64,000 bases of DNA from an uncultured Actinomycetota bacterium. GTDB taxonomy: Bacteria > Actinomycetota > Actinomycetes > Streptosporangiales > Streptosporangiaceae. Location of the stretch: NCBI GenBank assembly GCA_963795335.1, contig CAWCHI010000010.1, forward strand, positions 453,367 to 517,366, read 5' to 3'. A program made the position numbers and the translations under genes. The notes beneath the pieces are model-generated. The model was not told the DNA's origin. It made no database searches and saw only the letters and a list, made by a program, of their open reading frames with translations. Below are positions 33,248 to 41,606 of this stretch, piece after piece (position 1 is the stretch's first letter; each line of letters starts with the position of its first letter).

Positions 33248-33646
33248 GGCGGCATGATGGCGTTCGGGTGCGGCCTTGCCAGGTCGTTTCCCGGAAGCGT
33301 GCCCGATCGCGGTGACGAGCAGAGCGATGTTGGCGTCGTCGATGCCGGTGACGGTGTCGCGGAGGCTGACGGGGGTGCCTGCGGCGAGGCTGGCTGCTAG
33401 CTGGAGGATGCGGCGTTCGCCTCCGGAGCACGGGAGGTTTCCGCTGGTGAGGGCGGTGACGGCGGCGTGCCAGTCGATGGCGGCCATCGGGGCGCCGTCG
33501 CTGGTGCCGTGGTCGATGAACTTTCCGGTGAAGTCGTCGCGGTGCAGGAACGTGCCGTTGCTGATGAGCAGTTCGGTGCCTGCTTCGAGCGGGTAGAGGC
33601 CGGCGGCGCAGGCGCGGAGGGCTGCGGCCAGGTCGTCAGTGTTCAC
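33224..33646 (-). CDS. Conserved accessory protein of the recombinase module (orf3)
   Basis: Overlaps the stop of the large recombinase; near-identical paralog at 39504-39890 and a fragment at 38240-38373. Confidence 0.8.
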   Translation of the reverse strand: MNTDDLAAALRACAAGLYPLEAGTELLISNGTFLHRDDFTGKFIDHGTSDGAPMAAIDWHAAVTALTSGNLPCSGGERRILQLAASLAAGTPVSLRDTVTGIDDANIALLVTAIGHASGKRPGKAAPERHHAASQLNPLT

Positions 33647-36113
33647 GGGGGCCTTCGGCGGTGAGGGTGGTGGCGGCGATGTCGCGGTAGGCGGGGATGC
33701 CGAGGTGGACGTGCTGGGCTCGGCGGGCGGCGGTGGCGTCGGCCTGGGCGATTTTGCTGGTGGCGGCGGCGAGGCTGACCTTGAGTCCTTCGGCTTCGCC
33801 GGTCCAGCCTTCGCGTTCGGCTTCGGCGATGCGGGCGTGGAGGTTGTCGCGGATCTCCTCCAGGCGGTGGCGCTGGGCGGGGTCGATGCGCAGGAGGGGG
33901 CATCGGATGCAGGAGTGCTCGTGGATGCAGGGGGTTGAGTAGGCGCGTCCGCAGTCGCCGAGCGCGACGCGGCGGCGCTGGAAGTGGCCGAGGAACTCGT
34001 CCCACTCGGCGTCGGTGGGGGTGCGGTACTCTTCGCTCGGCCGGGCGGCCCTGCGCTGGGCGATGAAGGCGCGGTGGCCGCGGATGGCCTCCTCGGGGTA
34101 GACCGCTTTGTAGCCCATCGTGGTGTTTATGTCCTCGTGTCCGAGTATGAGCTGGGCGATGTGCGGGGGCATGCCGTTGAGGATGGCGTCGGTGGTGAAG
34201 ACCCTTCTGAAGTCGTGGGGCCAGAAGGTGAGGGGCTTGCCGTCGGTGCCGGTGATGCCGGAGGCGGCGAGCGCGCCGGTCAGGAGGTGGCGGATTCCGT
34301 CGGCGGAGATGGGGCGGTTCTCCAGGCCGACGACCCGCTGGAACAGCAGGGGCATGGGCGGTTTCCAGGTGCGCTCGTGCGGGTCGTAGGCGGGGGTGAG
34401 CGGGACGGTCCCGCTGGCGCCGCGGACGCGGGTGATGATGGCGGACAGGGCGTCGGCGAGCTCGGGGCCGATGACGAGGAGGCGCTCGGCGTCTTTCTTG
34501 GACGGGGCGATCGACAGCAGGGGGACCAGCTCGCCGGCTGAGGGGAGCCGGTACTGGACCAGGCTGTGGTGGGAGAGCTCTGTCAGCTCCTCGACGCGGA
34601 CGCCGGTGTGGCGCAGGACTTCTATGGCGGCCCAGGCCCAGAACGCGCTGTCCTCCTCGCGGGTCAGGTCGCGGCGGGCGCCGGTGCCGGGGTCCTCGGC
34701 CCAGGCGCGGGGCGTGGGCTTCTGGGTGCCGGCGCGGCGGAGCCGCTGCCCGGCGGCGGTGAACAGCTCGCCGGGCCCGGCGGCGAGGGCGGCCTCCAGC
34801 CGGGCGGCGGCGTCGGTGCGGGCGCGGCCGGCGGCGGCGGCGAGGGCGGGCAGGACGGGGAGCCGCTCGCGGGTCCGGGCGTCCATGCGGGCCTTGGTCC
34901 GCGACTTCTGCTTCTTGTACTGGATGTCGCTGGCGCGGATGGGGCAGGGCACGGCCCACGGTCCCCAGCGGGCGGGGTCGTCCAGGGCCCACTGGGCGAG
35001 GTCGAGGTAGAACGCCCGGATGATCATCAGGTTGTCGTCGGCGGACTCGCGGGCGACGGCCTGCTCGCCGCCGCCGGGAGTGCGGATGGTCCGGGTCCGC
35101 AGGCGCTTCTTCCATGCGGCGGCGACGGCGGGCGCCAGGTGCAGGGAGCTGATGCCGGGGTGGTGGGCTTCGAGGTCCTTCCAGAAGCACGGGACGAGGG
35201 CCGTGGCCAGCTTGACGAGGGAGTTGTAGTCGATGCCGGGCTGGCGCTCGCGCAGGTAGTCCGCGAGCAGGTCCCGGACCGGCCGGCAGGCGATGCCGTA
35301 CCGGTCGATGAGCTGCTCAGCACTCTGCTGCCCGGCGAACTGGGCGCCGATCATCCGGACCGTGGCCGGCGCGGCGGGCGGGAACGCCCCGGCGGCGTGC
35401 AGGAGCTGGTAGAAGAACGGGCTGGTCCGCCTGGAGCTGGTGCCGTCGCCGGCGGCCTGCCGGGAGCAGTCCAGCAGCTCGATGCAGTCGCCGGGGGTGA
35501 TGTCGGCGACGAGGCCGCCCTTGGCGGCCATGATCACCGCGATCCGCTCGACCGCCGGGTCGAACGTGGCGTTCCCGACGGTGGCCTGCTTGCGCAGCTC
35601 CCGCAGGGCCGCGATCCCGGCGGGGTCCCGGAGCCGGCCCATCTCGTCGGCGATCCTGGCCGGGGCCGGCGTCGTCAGCAGCCAGGCAAGGCCCGGGCGG
35701 AGGACGTCGCCGCCGATCAGCTGGGCCATGCCCGCCCCGAGCCTGGGGTGCAGGCCCGTGCCCAGGGGACCGGCCCGGCCGGCGGCCCGCAGGTCTGCCA
35801 CTGCCTGGTCCCGCCAGTCGCCGGGACCGCCGGCCCCGGCGCCGGAGGAGTCCCACCGCTGCTGCCACGTCGCGCCGGGGTGCAGCTCCAGCCAGTCGAG
35901 GATCTTCAGCATGGACAGCTTGCGCCAGTGCCGGGCGCTGGCGTCGCCGAAGGCGAACGGCGCGGCGAGCAGCCGGCGCGCCACCGTGAACCGGTCCGCG
36001 GCCGTCTCCGGCCACGATTCAGGGACCGGCCGGGGCGGGAACCTGGCCAGCACCGCCGCCGCCTGGGCGCTGAGCTGCCGGGCAGCCGTCCCGGCGGCGG
36101 CCGGGGCGGTCAC
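33636..36113 (-). CDS. Large tyrosine recombinase (Tn554 TnpB-like position)
   Basis: LRHTGVRVEEL, PHDFRR, LGHEDINTTMGY, C-terminal CxRxxxxPCxHEHxCxRC; GTG at 36113 overlaps the upstream TGA. Confidence 0.9.
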   Translation of the reverse strand: MTAPAAAGTAARQLSAQAAAVLARFPPRPVPESWPETAADRFTVARRLLAAPFAFGDASARHWRKLSMLKILDWLELHPGATWQQRWDSSGAGAGGPGDWRDQAVADLRAAGRAGPLGTGLHPRLGAGMAQLIGGDVLRPGLAWLLTTPAPARIADEMGRLRDPAGIAALRELRKQATVGNATFDPAVERIAVIMAAKGGLVADITPGDCIELLDCSRQAAGDGTSSRRTSPFFYQLLHAAGAFPPAAPATVRMIGAQFAGQQSAEQLIDRYGIACRPVRDLLADYLRERQPGIDYNSLVKLATALVPCFWKDLEAHHPGISSLHLAPAVAAAWKKRLRTRTIRTPGGGEQAVARESADDNLMIIRAFYLDLAQWALDDPARWGPWAVPCPIRASDIQYKKQKSRTKARMDARTRERLPVLPALAAAAGRARTDAAARLEAALAAGPGELFTAAGQRLRRAGTQKPTPRAWAEDPGTGARRDLTREEDSAFWAWAAIEVLRHTGVRVEELTELSHHSLVQYRLPSAGELVPLLSIAPSKKDAERLLVIGPELADALSAIITRVRGASGTVPLTPAYDPHERTWKPPMPLLFQRVVGLENRPISADGIRHLLTGALAASGITGTDGKPLTFWPHDFRRVFTTDAILNGMPPHIAQLILGHEDINTTMGYKAVYPEEAIRGHRAFIAQRRAARPSEEYRTPTDAEWDEFLGHFQRRRVALGDCGRAYSTPCIHEHSCIRCPLLRIDPAQRHRLEEIRDNLHARIAEAEREGWTGEAEGLKVSLAAATSKIAQADATAARRAQHVHLGIPAYRDIAATTLTAEGPREH

Positions 36114-37318
36114 CAGCGGCCCTTCCCGAACAGCACGTCCAGGCTCTCGGGCCGGTAGCCCGGGGCTGGCTCGGGCAGGACCGGCCGGCGCTCGGCCTGC
36201 CGCCGGTGATGGGCGAGCGTGGCCTCGATGACGTCCTCGGCTGTCGGGTTGACGTAGATTTGCGTGGTTGTGAGTGAGGCGTGGCCGAGTACCCATTGCA
36301 CGTCGGTGATCGGCATGCCGGGATCACGGGCGAGCCGGTAGGCCGCCGTGTGCCGCAGCGAGTGCAGTGACCACCCGGAGCCGACCGCGGCGTTCGCCCG
36401 GTCGAACATCATCCGGGCCGCGTTGTAGGCCAGCGGCCGGAACGGCCGCCGCAGCGTCCACCACAGCGGGTCGTCCGCCCTGGCCGGGACCAGGCCGTGG
36501 ACCTCCTGCTGGTAGAGCCGCAGCCACACGAACGCGTCCGGCGACGCCGGGAGCGCCTGGATCGCCTGCGATCCCTTGCGGATCACCGTGATGAGCTGCT
36601 GGCCGGGGTCGGCGCCCGACCGCGTGACGCCCAGGAGCTCCGATGCCCGTGCGCCGGTGGAGACCCAGAACGCGACCAGCGCCCGGTCCCGGTTCGACCC
36701 GAGCCCGGCGAACAGCTCGTTGAACACGCTGTCGGGGATCTGCCGGGGAACCGTCTTGGGGACTCTCGGCCGGAACAGGCCGGACTTCCGCCGCGGGAAC
36801 GGGTCCAGCGGGTTCTGATGCGCGTGCGCCCGCCCCGCCCTGGCCAGCGGGAACGGGTTCACGATCGGCCCGGTCCCGGCCTCCAGGTGATAAGCGTAGA
36901 AGCTCCGGCATACCGTCTCGCAGTGCGCCACCGTCGATGGCGCGAACCTTGCCGAGGCCGGGCGCTTCCCCGGCACCGACCTGCGCTCTGCCCTCATCCG
37001 CCCGGGCTTGCCGGCGAGCTGGAGCCACCGGCAAAAGTCCCGGGCCTCGGCCCTGGTCGCCTGATTCCACGGCACCTCCACTGCCCACGTGAACCGGCAC
37101 CAGCGCAGCAGCGCCAGCGAATACGAGCGCTGCGTCGTCGCGGGCCGCCCGGCCGCCTGCAACTCCCGCAGGTACTCCGACACCGGGCCGACCGGGACGC
37201 CGTCAGGATCGCTAAGGTAGTACGGCTCCCACAGGTCGCCCGTCTGGACGAGCCTCCCGGCGGCCGGGACCACCAGTGACCCGAGGTCCCGGGCCGAGTC
37301 CGTGTCTCTCCCTGTCAT
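36110..37318 (-). CDS. Tyrosine recombinase/integrase (Tn554 TnpA-like position)
   Basis: SAM-like N-domain (TQRSYSLALLRW), STGARASELL, LHSLRHT, LGHASLTTTQIY. Confidence 0.92.
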   Translation of the reverse strand: MTGRDTDSARDLGSLVVPAAGRLVQTGDLWEPYYLSDPDGVPVGPVSEYLRELQAAGRPATTQRSYSLALLRWCRFTWAVEVPWNQATRAEARDFCRWLQLAGKPGRMRAERRSVPGKRPASARFAPSTVAHCETVCRSFYAYHLEAGTGPIVNPFPLARAGRAHAHQNPLDPFPRRKSGLFRPRVPKTVPRQIPDSVFNELFAGLGSNRDRALVAFWVSTGARASELLGVTRSGADPGQQLITVIRKGSQAIQALPASPDAFVWLRLYQQEVHGLVPARADDPLWWTLRRPFRPLAYNAARMMFDRANAAVGSGWSLHSLRHTAAYRLARDPGMPITDVQWVLGHASLTTTQIYVNPTAEDVIEATLAHHRRQAERRPVLPEPAPGYRPESLDVLFGKGRW

Positions 37319-37404
37319 GGGAGCCGACCGTAACCACCACCCTCTCAGCGTGTCCGGAGGTTGATGACCGAAGTTTCGTTAGTGCGGTCAACACGCCTTC
37401 ACTG

Positions 37405-37893
37405 AACTACGGCTGGATTCCGGCAAAAAACCTCAAACAGGGCATGCATCTCAAGACGCCGGACGGCCAGCCGGCCATCGTGGTCGGGGGCTCGGTCCCG
37501 GCCGTCCACGACGGCTGGATGTGGGACCTCACCGTCCCCGGCAACAACGACCACGACTTCTACGTGTCCGTCGGCTCCGGTGACGTTGCCGCCTCGATCT
37601 TGGTTCATAATGTAGGCGGGATATGCCCTACGAACGGTTCGCGCATGTCGGTGAATGACGCGCTCGACACCGCTGAGCAGTATCTTGGAGAGGGATATCG
37701 GGAGTCCGTTCCGGGAAGTGGCCGGTACGTTTCCTCCGACGGAACGCGAGTGGTTCGAATGGGGGAATCTGATATCACTGGCGCTCATGGTGGGGGTCCG
37801 CATATGAACTTCGAGGAACTCGCACCCAACCCGATGAAGCCAGGAAAGATGATGGTGACCGTTAATTCACACGTTTACCTCATCGATCCGTAA
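37405..37893 (+). pseudogene. Orphan toxin cassette 2: Hint C-half plus putative nuclease toxin tip (37612-37893)
   Basis: YGWIPAKNLKQGMHLKTPDG...LVHN, then ALDTAEQYLGEGY...SSDGTRVVRM...HGGGPHMNFE; lacks the RHS body. Confidence 0.8.
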
Positions 37894-37918
37894 GGGGAGC
37901 TTTCTTTAGAGGAGGAAA

Positions 37919-38176
37919 ATGGAAAGGACCGTGAAGATCGGGCGTTATGATGACTCCGGCCTCCATCTGGAGTGGTCCCAGGGATTCGAAATAAGTGTTA
38001 CGGAGAGTCAAGGAGAAGTTGTCATCCGGGCAAATGAGGCAGGGCTAATATCCTTGGCCCAGCATCTTCTTACCTTGGCTGATCATGCTGTCCCGGCCGG
38101 TTCGCATATTCATATGGACGCATCACGTGAACTGGAGGAAGAATCGCTGGACCTTGTCCTTGAGCGCATGACATGA
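37919..38176 (+). CDS. Immunity protein for cassette 2 (Imm32-like)
   Basis: GGAGG RBS; IRANEAGLISLAQHLLTLA...GSHIHMD...LEEES pattern; follows the toxin. Confidence 0.7.
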   Translation: MERTVKIGRYDDSGLHLEWSQGFEISVTESQGEVVIRANEAGLISLAQHLLTLADHAVPAGSHIHMDASRELEEESLDLVLERMT

Positions 38177-38239
38177 CGAGGGCGACCTCAAGCCGTCGGG
38201 CAATATCGCCTGAGGAAGGTCTCATCTCATCGGCTGTCC

Positions 38240-38373
38240 TTGAGTCGTTCCCGGCCGTGCAAGATTGATGTGACCAGTCGCGCAATGCTGCCGTCGTCGA
38301 GGACGGTGACGGTGTCGCGTAGGTCGACGGGGATGCCTGCGGCGAGGCTGTCTGAGAGCTGAAGGATGCGCCG
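38240..38373 (-). pseudogene. 3' fragment of an orf3 paralog
   Basis: Translates RRILQLSDSLAAGIPVDLRDTVTVLDDGSIARLVTSI, homologous to the C-terminus of 33224-33646. Confidence 0.75.
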
Positions 38374-39060
38374 TTAACCATCAAGACCACGCACAGCGCC
38401 GAGGTCATCCACACCACCGCCGGCCACCTGTTCAGGGATCCTTATCCGCACTACGGCTGGATTCCGGCAAAACACCTTAAACCGGGCATGCATCTCAAGA
38501 CCCCGGACGGCCAGTCGGCCATCGTGGTCGGGGGCTCGGTCCCGGCCGATCACGACGGCTGGATGTGGGACCTCACCGTCCCCGGCAACAACGACCACGA
38601 CTTCTATGTCTTTCCTTCTCAAGCCGACGGCAGTGATGATGGCGCATACCATGTCACACAAGGCGACGTCGCGGTCCTCGTCCATAACGACAGTTGTGGT
38701 GTCACGCCTCGTGACGGCGGTGGTGAAGATGCGAACGGAAACTTCATCTCTGGTTCTGCGGATGGGCAGAATTTGGCCGGTCAACTGCGTGGAGAGAGCG
38801 CTAATTCCGTCTTCAATGAAGATGGCCGTCTTTCGCAAGGGGCCATCGATAATTCCCAGAAAATCATCGACGGCGAGGACATCAATAACCCGGCTGTCCG
38901 AGAGTATTTCGAGAGCAACGGTGGGGCGGCCCAGTGGGGCAAGTACTCCACTGGGACATATCAAAGTCCGTATGGGCCATTCCAGGTCCATTACTATATG
39001 AACGAGGAGACAGGGGAAATCATGGAGTACGACTATAAAGCGGTAATGAACCGGAGGTAG
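38374..39060 (+). pseudogene. Orphan toxin cassette 3: partial Hint plus putative BECR-fold RNase/tRNase tip (38689-39060)
   Basis: LTIKTTHSAEVIHTTAGHLFRDPYPHYGW...LVHN, then INNPAV...WGKYSTGTYQSPYGPFQVHYYMNEETGEI..YDYK. Confidence 0.75.
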
Positions 39061-39063
39061 GAG

Positions 39064-39447
39064 GTGCGGGTTCGATTCATGGGGGTAGGCGACCTCGGTC
39101 AGCGCGAGGCCCGGGGGAGTCAGGTGCTCGAGGTGGGCGCACAGTATCCGGTTCTTGAGGTCTATGCGAAATCCGGAAAGAGCAACATGCTGCGTATTGA
39201 GTATTCGGATCGCGAGCTTCCTGCCCTTTATGACTCGCGCATGTTCGAGGTGGTATCCGAGCGTATTCCGGCAGACTGGTGCGTCACCTCGGGCGTTGCT
39301 GGTTCCTTGAAATTTGGGCCTCGCTCCTGGACTGCTCCTGGCTTCTGGGAAGCTTTCATGGATCGGGAACCATGGGCAGTTGACGTCTATCATGAAGGCA
39401 GGATTGAGTCAATTCGAGATGCGCAGGATGTTATCTTAACGATTTAA
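39064..39447 (+). CDS. Immunity protein for cassette 3
   Basis: Starts 3 bp after the toxin stop; low GC; YPVLEV, PALYDSRMFEVV, PRSWTAPGFWE. Confidence 0.7.
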   Translation: MRVRFMGVGDLGQREARGSQVLEVGAQYPVLEVYAKSGKSNMLRIEYSDRELPALYDSRMFEVVSERIPADWCVTSGVAGSLKFGPRSWTAPGFWEAFMDREPWAVDVYHEGRIESIRDAQDVILTI

Positions 39448-39503
39448 CCCGTATCACCTTCTGCGGGTTCCGGCTGCCTGCTCATCTTCCCAACTGGGAG
39501 TGG

Positions 39504-39890
39504 CTACTGGCTGCCGCTGTTTTGTGGTCGTTTCCCGGAAGCATGCCCAATCGCGGTGACGAACAGAGCGGTGTTTGCGTCGTCGAGGCCGGTGACGGCG
39601 TCGCGGAGGCTGACGGGGGCGCCTGCGGCGAGGCTGGCCGATAGCTGGAGGATGCGCCGTTCGCCTCCAGAGCATGGGAGGCCGCCGGTGTCGAGTGCGG
39701 TGATGGCGGCTTCCCAGTCGATGGCGGCCATCGGGGTGCCGTCGCTGGTGCCGTGGTCGATGAACCTGCCGGTGAAGTCGTCGCGGTGGAGGAACGTGCC
39801 GTTGGCGATCATGAGCTCGGTGCCGGCTTCGAGCGGGAGCAGGTCGGCTGCGCAGTTGCGGAGGGTGGCGGTGAGGTGGTCAGTGTTCAT
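39504..39890 (-). CDS. Second full copy of the orf3 accessory gene
   Basis: Highly similar to 33224-33646 (PLEAGTEL..NGTFLHRDDFTG..DHGTSDG..MAAIDW..LPCSGGERRILQL). Confidence 0.8.
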   Translation of the reverse strand: MNTDHLTATLRNCAADLLPLEAGTELMIANGTFLHRDDFTGRFIDHGTSDGTPMAAIDWEAAITALDTGGLPCSGGERRILQLSASLAAGAPVSLRDAVTGLDDANTALFVTAIGHASGKRPQNSGSQ

Positions 39891-39984
39891 GGGGGCCTTC
39901 GGCGGTGAGGGTGGCGGCGGCGATGTCACGGTAGGCGGGGATTGATCTGCTCCGAGCTTTCCGGACAGCGGATTTTGGATTAAT

Positions 39985-40896
39985 TCACGCTGCGGACTGC
40001 TGTTCCACGTATTCGTCGTGGACTTGTTGCGGGGTCCGGTACTGAAGTCCGGAGTGCCGACGCTTGGAATTGTACCAGAATTCGATGTACCTCACAACGT
40101 CCCGGCGTGCATGCTCACGCGTCGGATACTCGGTGCGGTGGACCCGCTCGTTCTTCAAAGCGGCGAAGAAGGATTCGGCCATTGCATTGTCATAACAGAT
40201 GCCGGTGCGGCCGACAGACTGACGAATGTTGTGCTTCCTCAGGGTCCCGGCGAACTCACGTGACGTGTAATTACTGCCGCGGTCGGAGTGAAAAACCGCA
40301 CCAGCAGCGAACCGGTAGTTGCGTGCAGCCATTTCGATCGCCCGCTCGATGAGCGGAGTCCGGTAGTTATCGCCTGTCGCCCAGCCGGTCACCGCCTTGG
40401 TATGGCAGTCAATAACCGTCGCCAGGTAGAGCCAGCCCTGCCATGTCGGGATGTACGTGATGTCACCGACCATTTTCTCCCCCGGTGCGCCGGCGGTGAA
40501 ATCCCGCTGCACGCGGTCGGGGATGGCGTGCTCCTGGCCGTCGCCCTCCGTCAGGCTGAACCGCCACGGCCTGGGCTGGCAGGCCTCGAGGCCCAGCTCA
40601 CGCATCACCGAGCGCACGAGCTCGGGACCGGCGGGCACGCCCCAGGCCGCGAGGTCGGCGTGGACCCGCCGGTACCCGTAGGTCCCGTCCGACTCGTCGA
40701 ATGACTTCCGCACAATACAGGCGATCACCACGCGCCTTTTCGCTGTCGCTGATTCCGGCTTGTCCCGCCACTCATAGAACCCTGAGCGTGAGACCTCCAT
40801 CCACCGGCACATTTTCACGACCGACGGCACATGACTATCGCCCGATTCCTGGTAAGCCGCATACTCCGCGTCGATGAACTCGAATTTATCGGTCAC
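39985..40896 (-). CDS. IS3 transposase OrfB (DDE)
   Basis: YGYRRV, GDITYI, YLATVID, FHSDRGSNY, CYDNAMAESFF, YNSKRRHS. Confidence 0.95.
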   Translation of the reverse strand: MTDKFEFIDAEYAAYQESGDSHVPSVVKMCRWMEVSRSGFYEWRDKPESATAKRRVVIACIVRKSFDESDGTYGYRRVHADLAAWGVPAGPELVRSVMRELGLEACQPRPWRFSLTEGDGQEHAIPDRVQRDFTAGAPGEKMVGDITYIPTWQGWLYLATVIDCHTKAVTGWATGDNYRTPLIERAIEMAARNYRFAAGAVFHSDRGSNYTSREFAGTLRKHNIRQSVGRTGICYDNAMAESFFAALKNERVHRTEYPTREHARRDVVRYIEFWYNSKRRHSGLQYRTPQQVHDEYVEQQSAA

Positions 40897-41183
40897 CGAT
40901 GGTCGCGGGCGAAGTACGCCGCGGCTTTTTTCAGGAAATCGTTCTCCATCTTGAGTTCCCGGTTTTCCCGCTCGACCTCACGCAGACGCGCACGGTCAGT
41001 CACGGAAAGCGGCGGCTCCTCGCCAGCATGCTCACGACGGTAAACAGCCACCCAGTTCCCGAGGGTGCCCTCGTTAATACCGAGCTCTTTCGCCACCTGG
41101 GCAATCGGACGCGACGTCTCGATCACCATCTTCACGGCTTCGTCCCTGAATTCTGGCGAGAAGCTTTTCTTCGGTCGGGGCAA
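40893..41183 (-). CDS. IS3 transposase OrfA (HTH), with A6G -1 frameshift motif
   Basis: FSPEFRDEAV, AQVAKELGI, ENDFLKKAAAYFA; AAAAAAG on the minus strand near 40925. Confidence 0.93.
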   Translation of the reverse strand: MPRPKKSFSPEFRDEAVKMVIETSRPIAQVAKELGINEGTLGNWVAVYRREHAGEEPPLSVTDRARLREVERENRELKMENDFLKKAAAYFARDHR

Positions 41184-41421
41184 GTTTTCAACCTTTCCAG
41201 ATAGTCCATCCTAATGGACGGACTGTCCGGAAGCCTCGGGGCACCTCAGATGCCGAGGTGGACGTGCTCGGCTCGGCGGGCGGTGGTAGCGTCGGCGTGG
41301 GCGATTTTGCTGGTGGCGGCGGCGTGGCTGACCTTGAGTCCTTCGGCTTCGCCGGTCCAGCCTTCGCGTTCGGCTTCGGTGATGCGGGCGTGGAGGTTGT
41401 CGCGGATCTCCTCCAGGCGGT

Positions 41422-41454
41422 TGATCTGCTCCGGGCTTTCCGGACAGCGGATTT
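41422..41454. repeat. Solo IS3 terminal inverted-repeat copy
   Basis: TGATCTGCTCCGGGCTTTCCGGACAGCGGATTT differs by one base from 39943-39975. Confidence 0.85.
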
Positions 41455-41606
41455 GTTGCTGGCGGCGGCGAGGCTGACGCGGAGTCCTTCGGCTTCGCCG
41501 GCCCACCCTTCGCGTTCGGTTCAGCATAAGGGGACGTACATATGGCCCGTATCCTCTGTCCGATTCTTTATGGAGAATCGCAGCGTGAAAGCCATTGGCG
41601 GCTGTT

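Larger units (their letters stand above)
32194..37410. mobile_element. Putative integrative element: Hint C-half, toxin, immunity, accessory gene and two tyrosine recombinases, bounded by ACTAC crossover points
   Basis: ~160-bp direct repeat 32194-32353 / 37406-37565 starting exactly at ACTAC; the second copy abuts the non-coding end upstream of the first recombinase. Confidence 0.7.
39943..41248 (-). mobile_element. IS3-family insertion sequence, 1306 bp, 3-bp target duplication GAT
   Basis: TG...CA ends; imperfect IRs TGATCTGCTCCGAGCTTTCCGGACAG / TGAGGTGCCCCGAGGCTTCCGGACAG; GAT at 39940-42 and 41249-51. Confidence 0.95.
39880..41520 (-). pseudogene. Fragments of the large-recombinase 3' end, split by IS3 and rearranged
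   Basis: 39880-39942 and 41249-41421 match 33636-33868 (RLEEIRDNLHARITEAEREGWTGEAEGLKVS); a further diverged piece lies at 41456-41520. Confidence 0.8.

Noticed and set aside
41519-41527. GTTCAGC as an inverted counterpart of the CTGAAC element end
   Set aside because: A 6-bp match at a deletion junction, without the neighbouring inverted repeat; could be chance.
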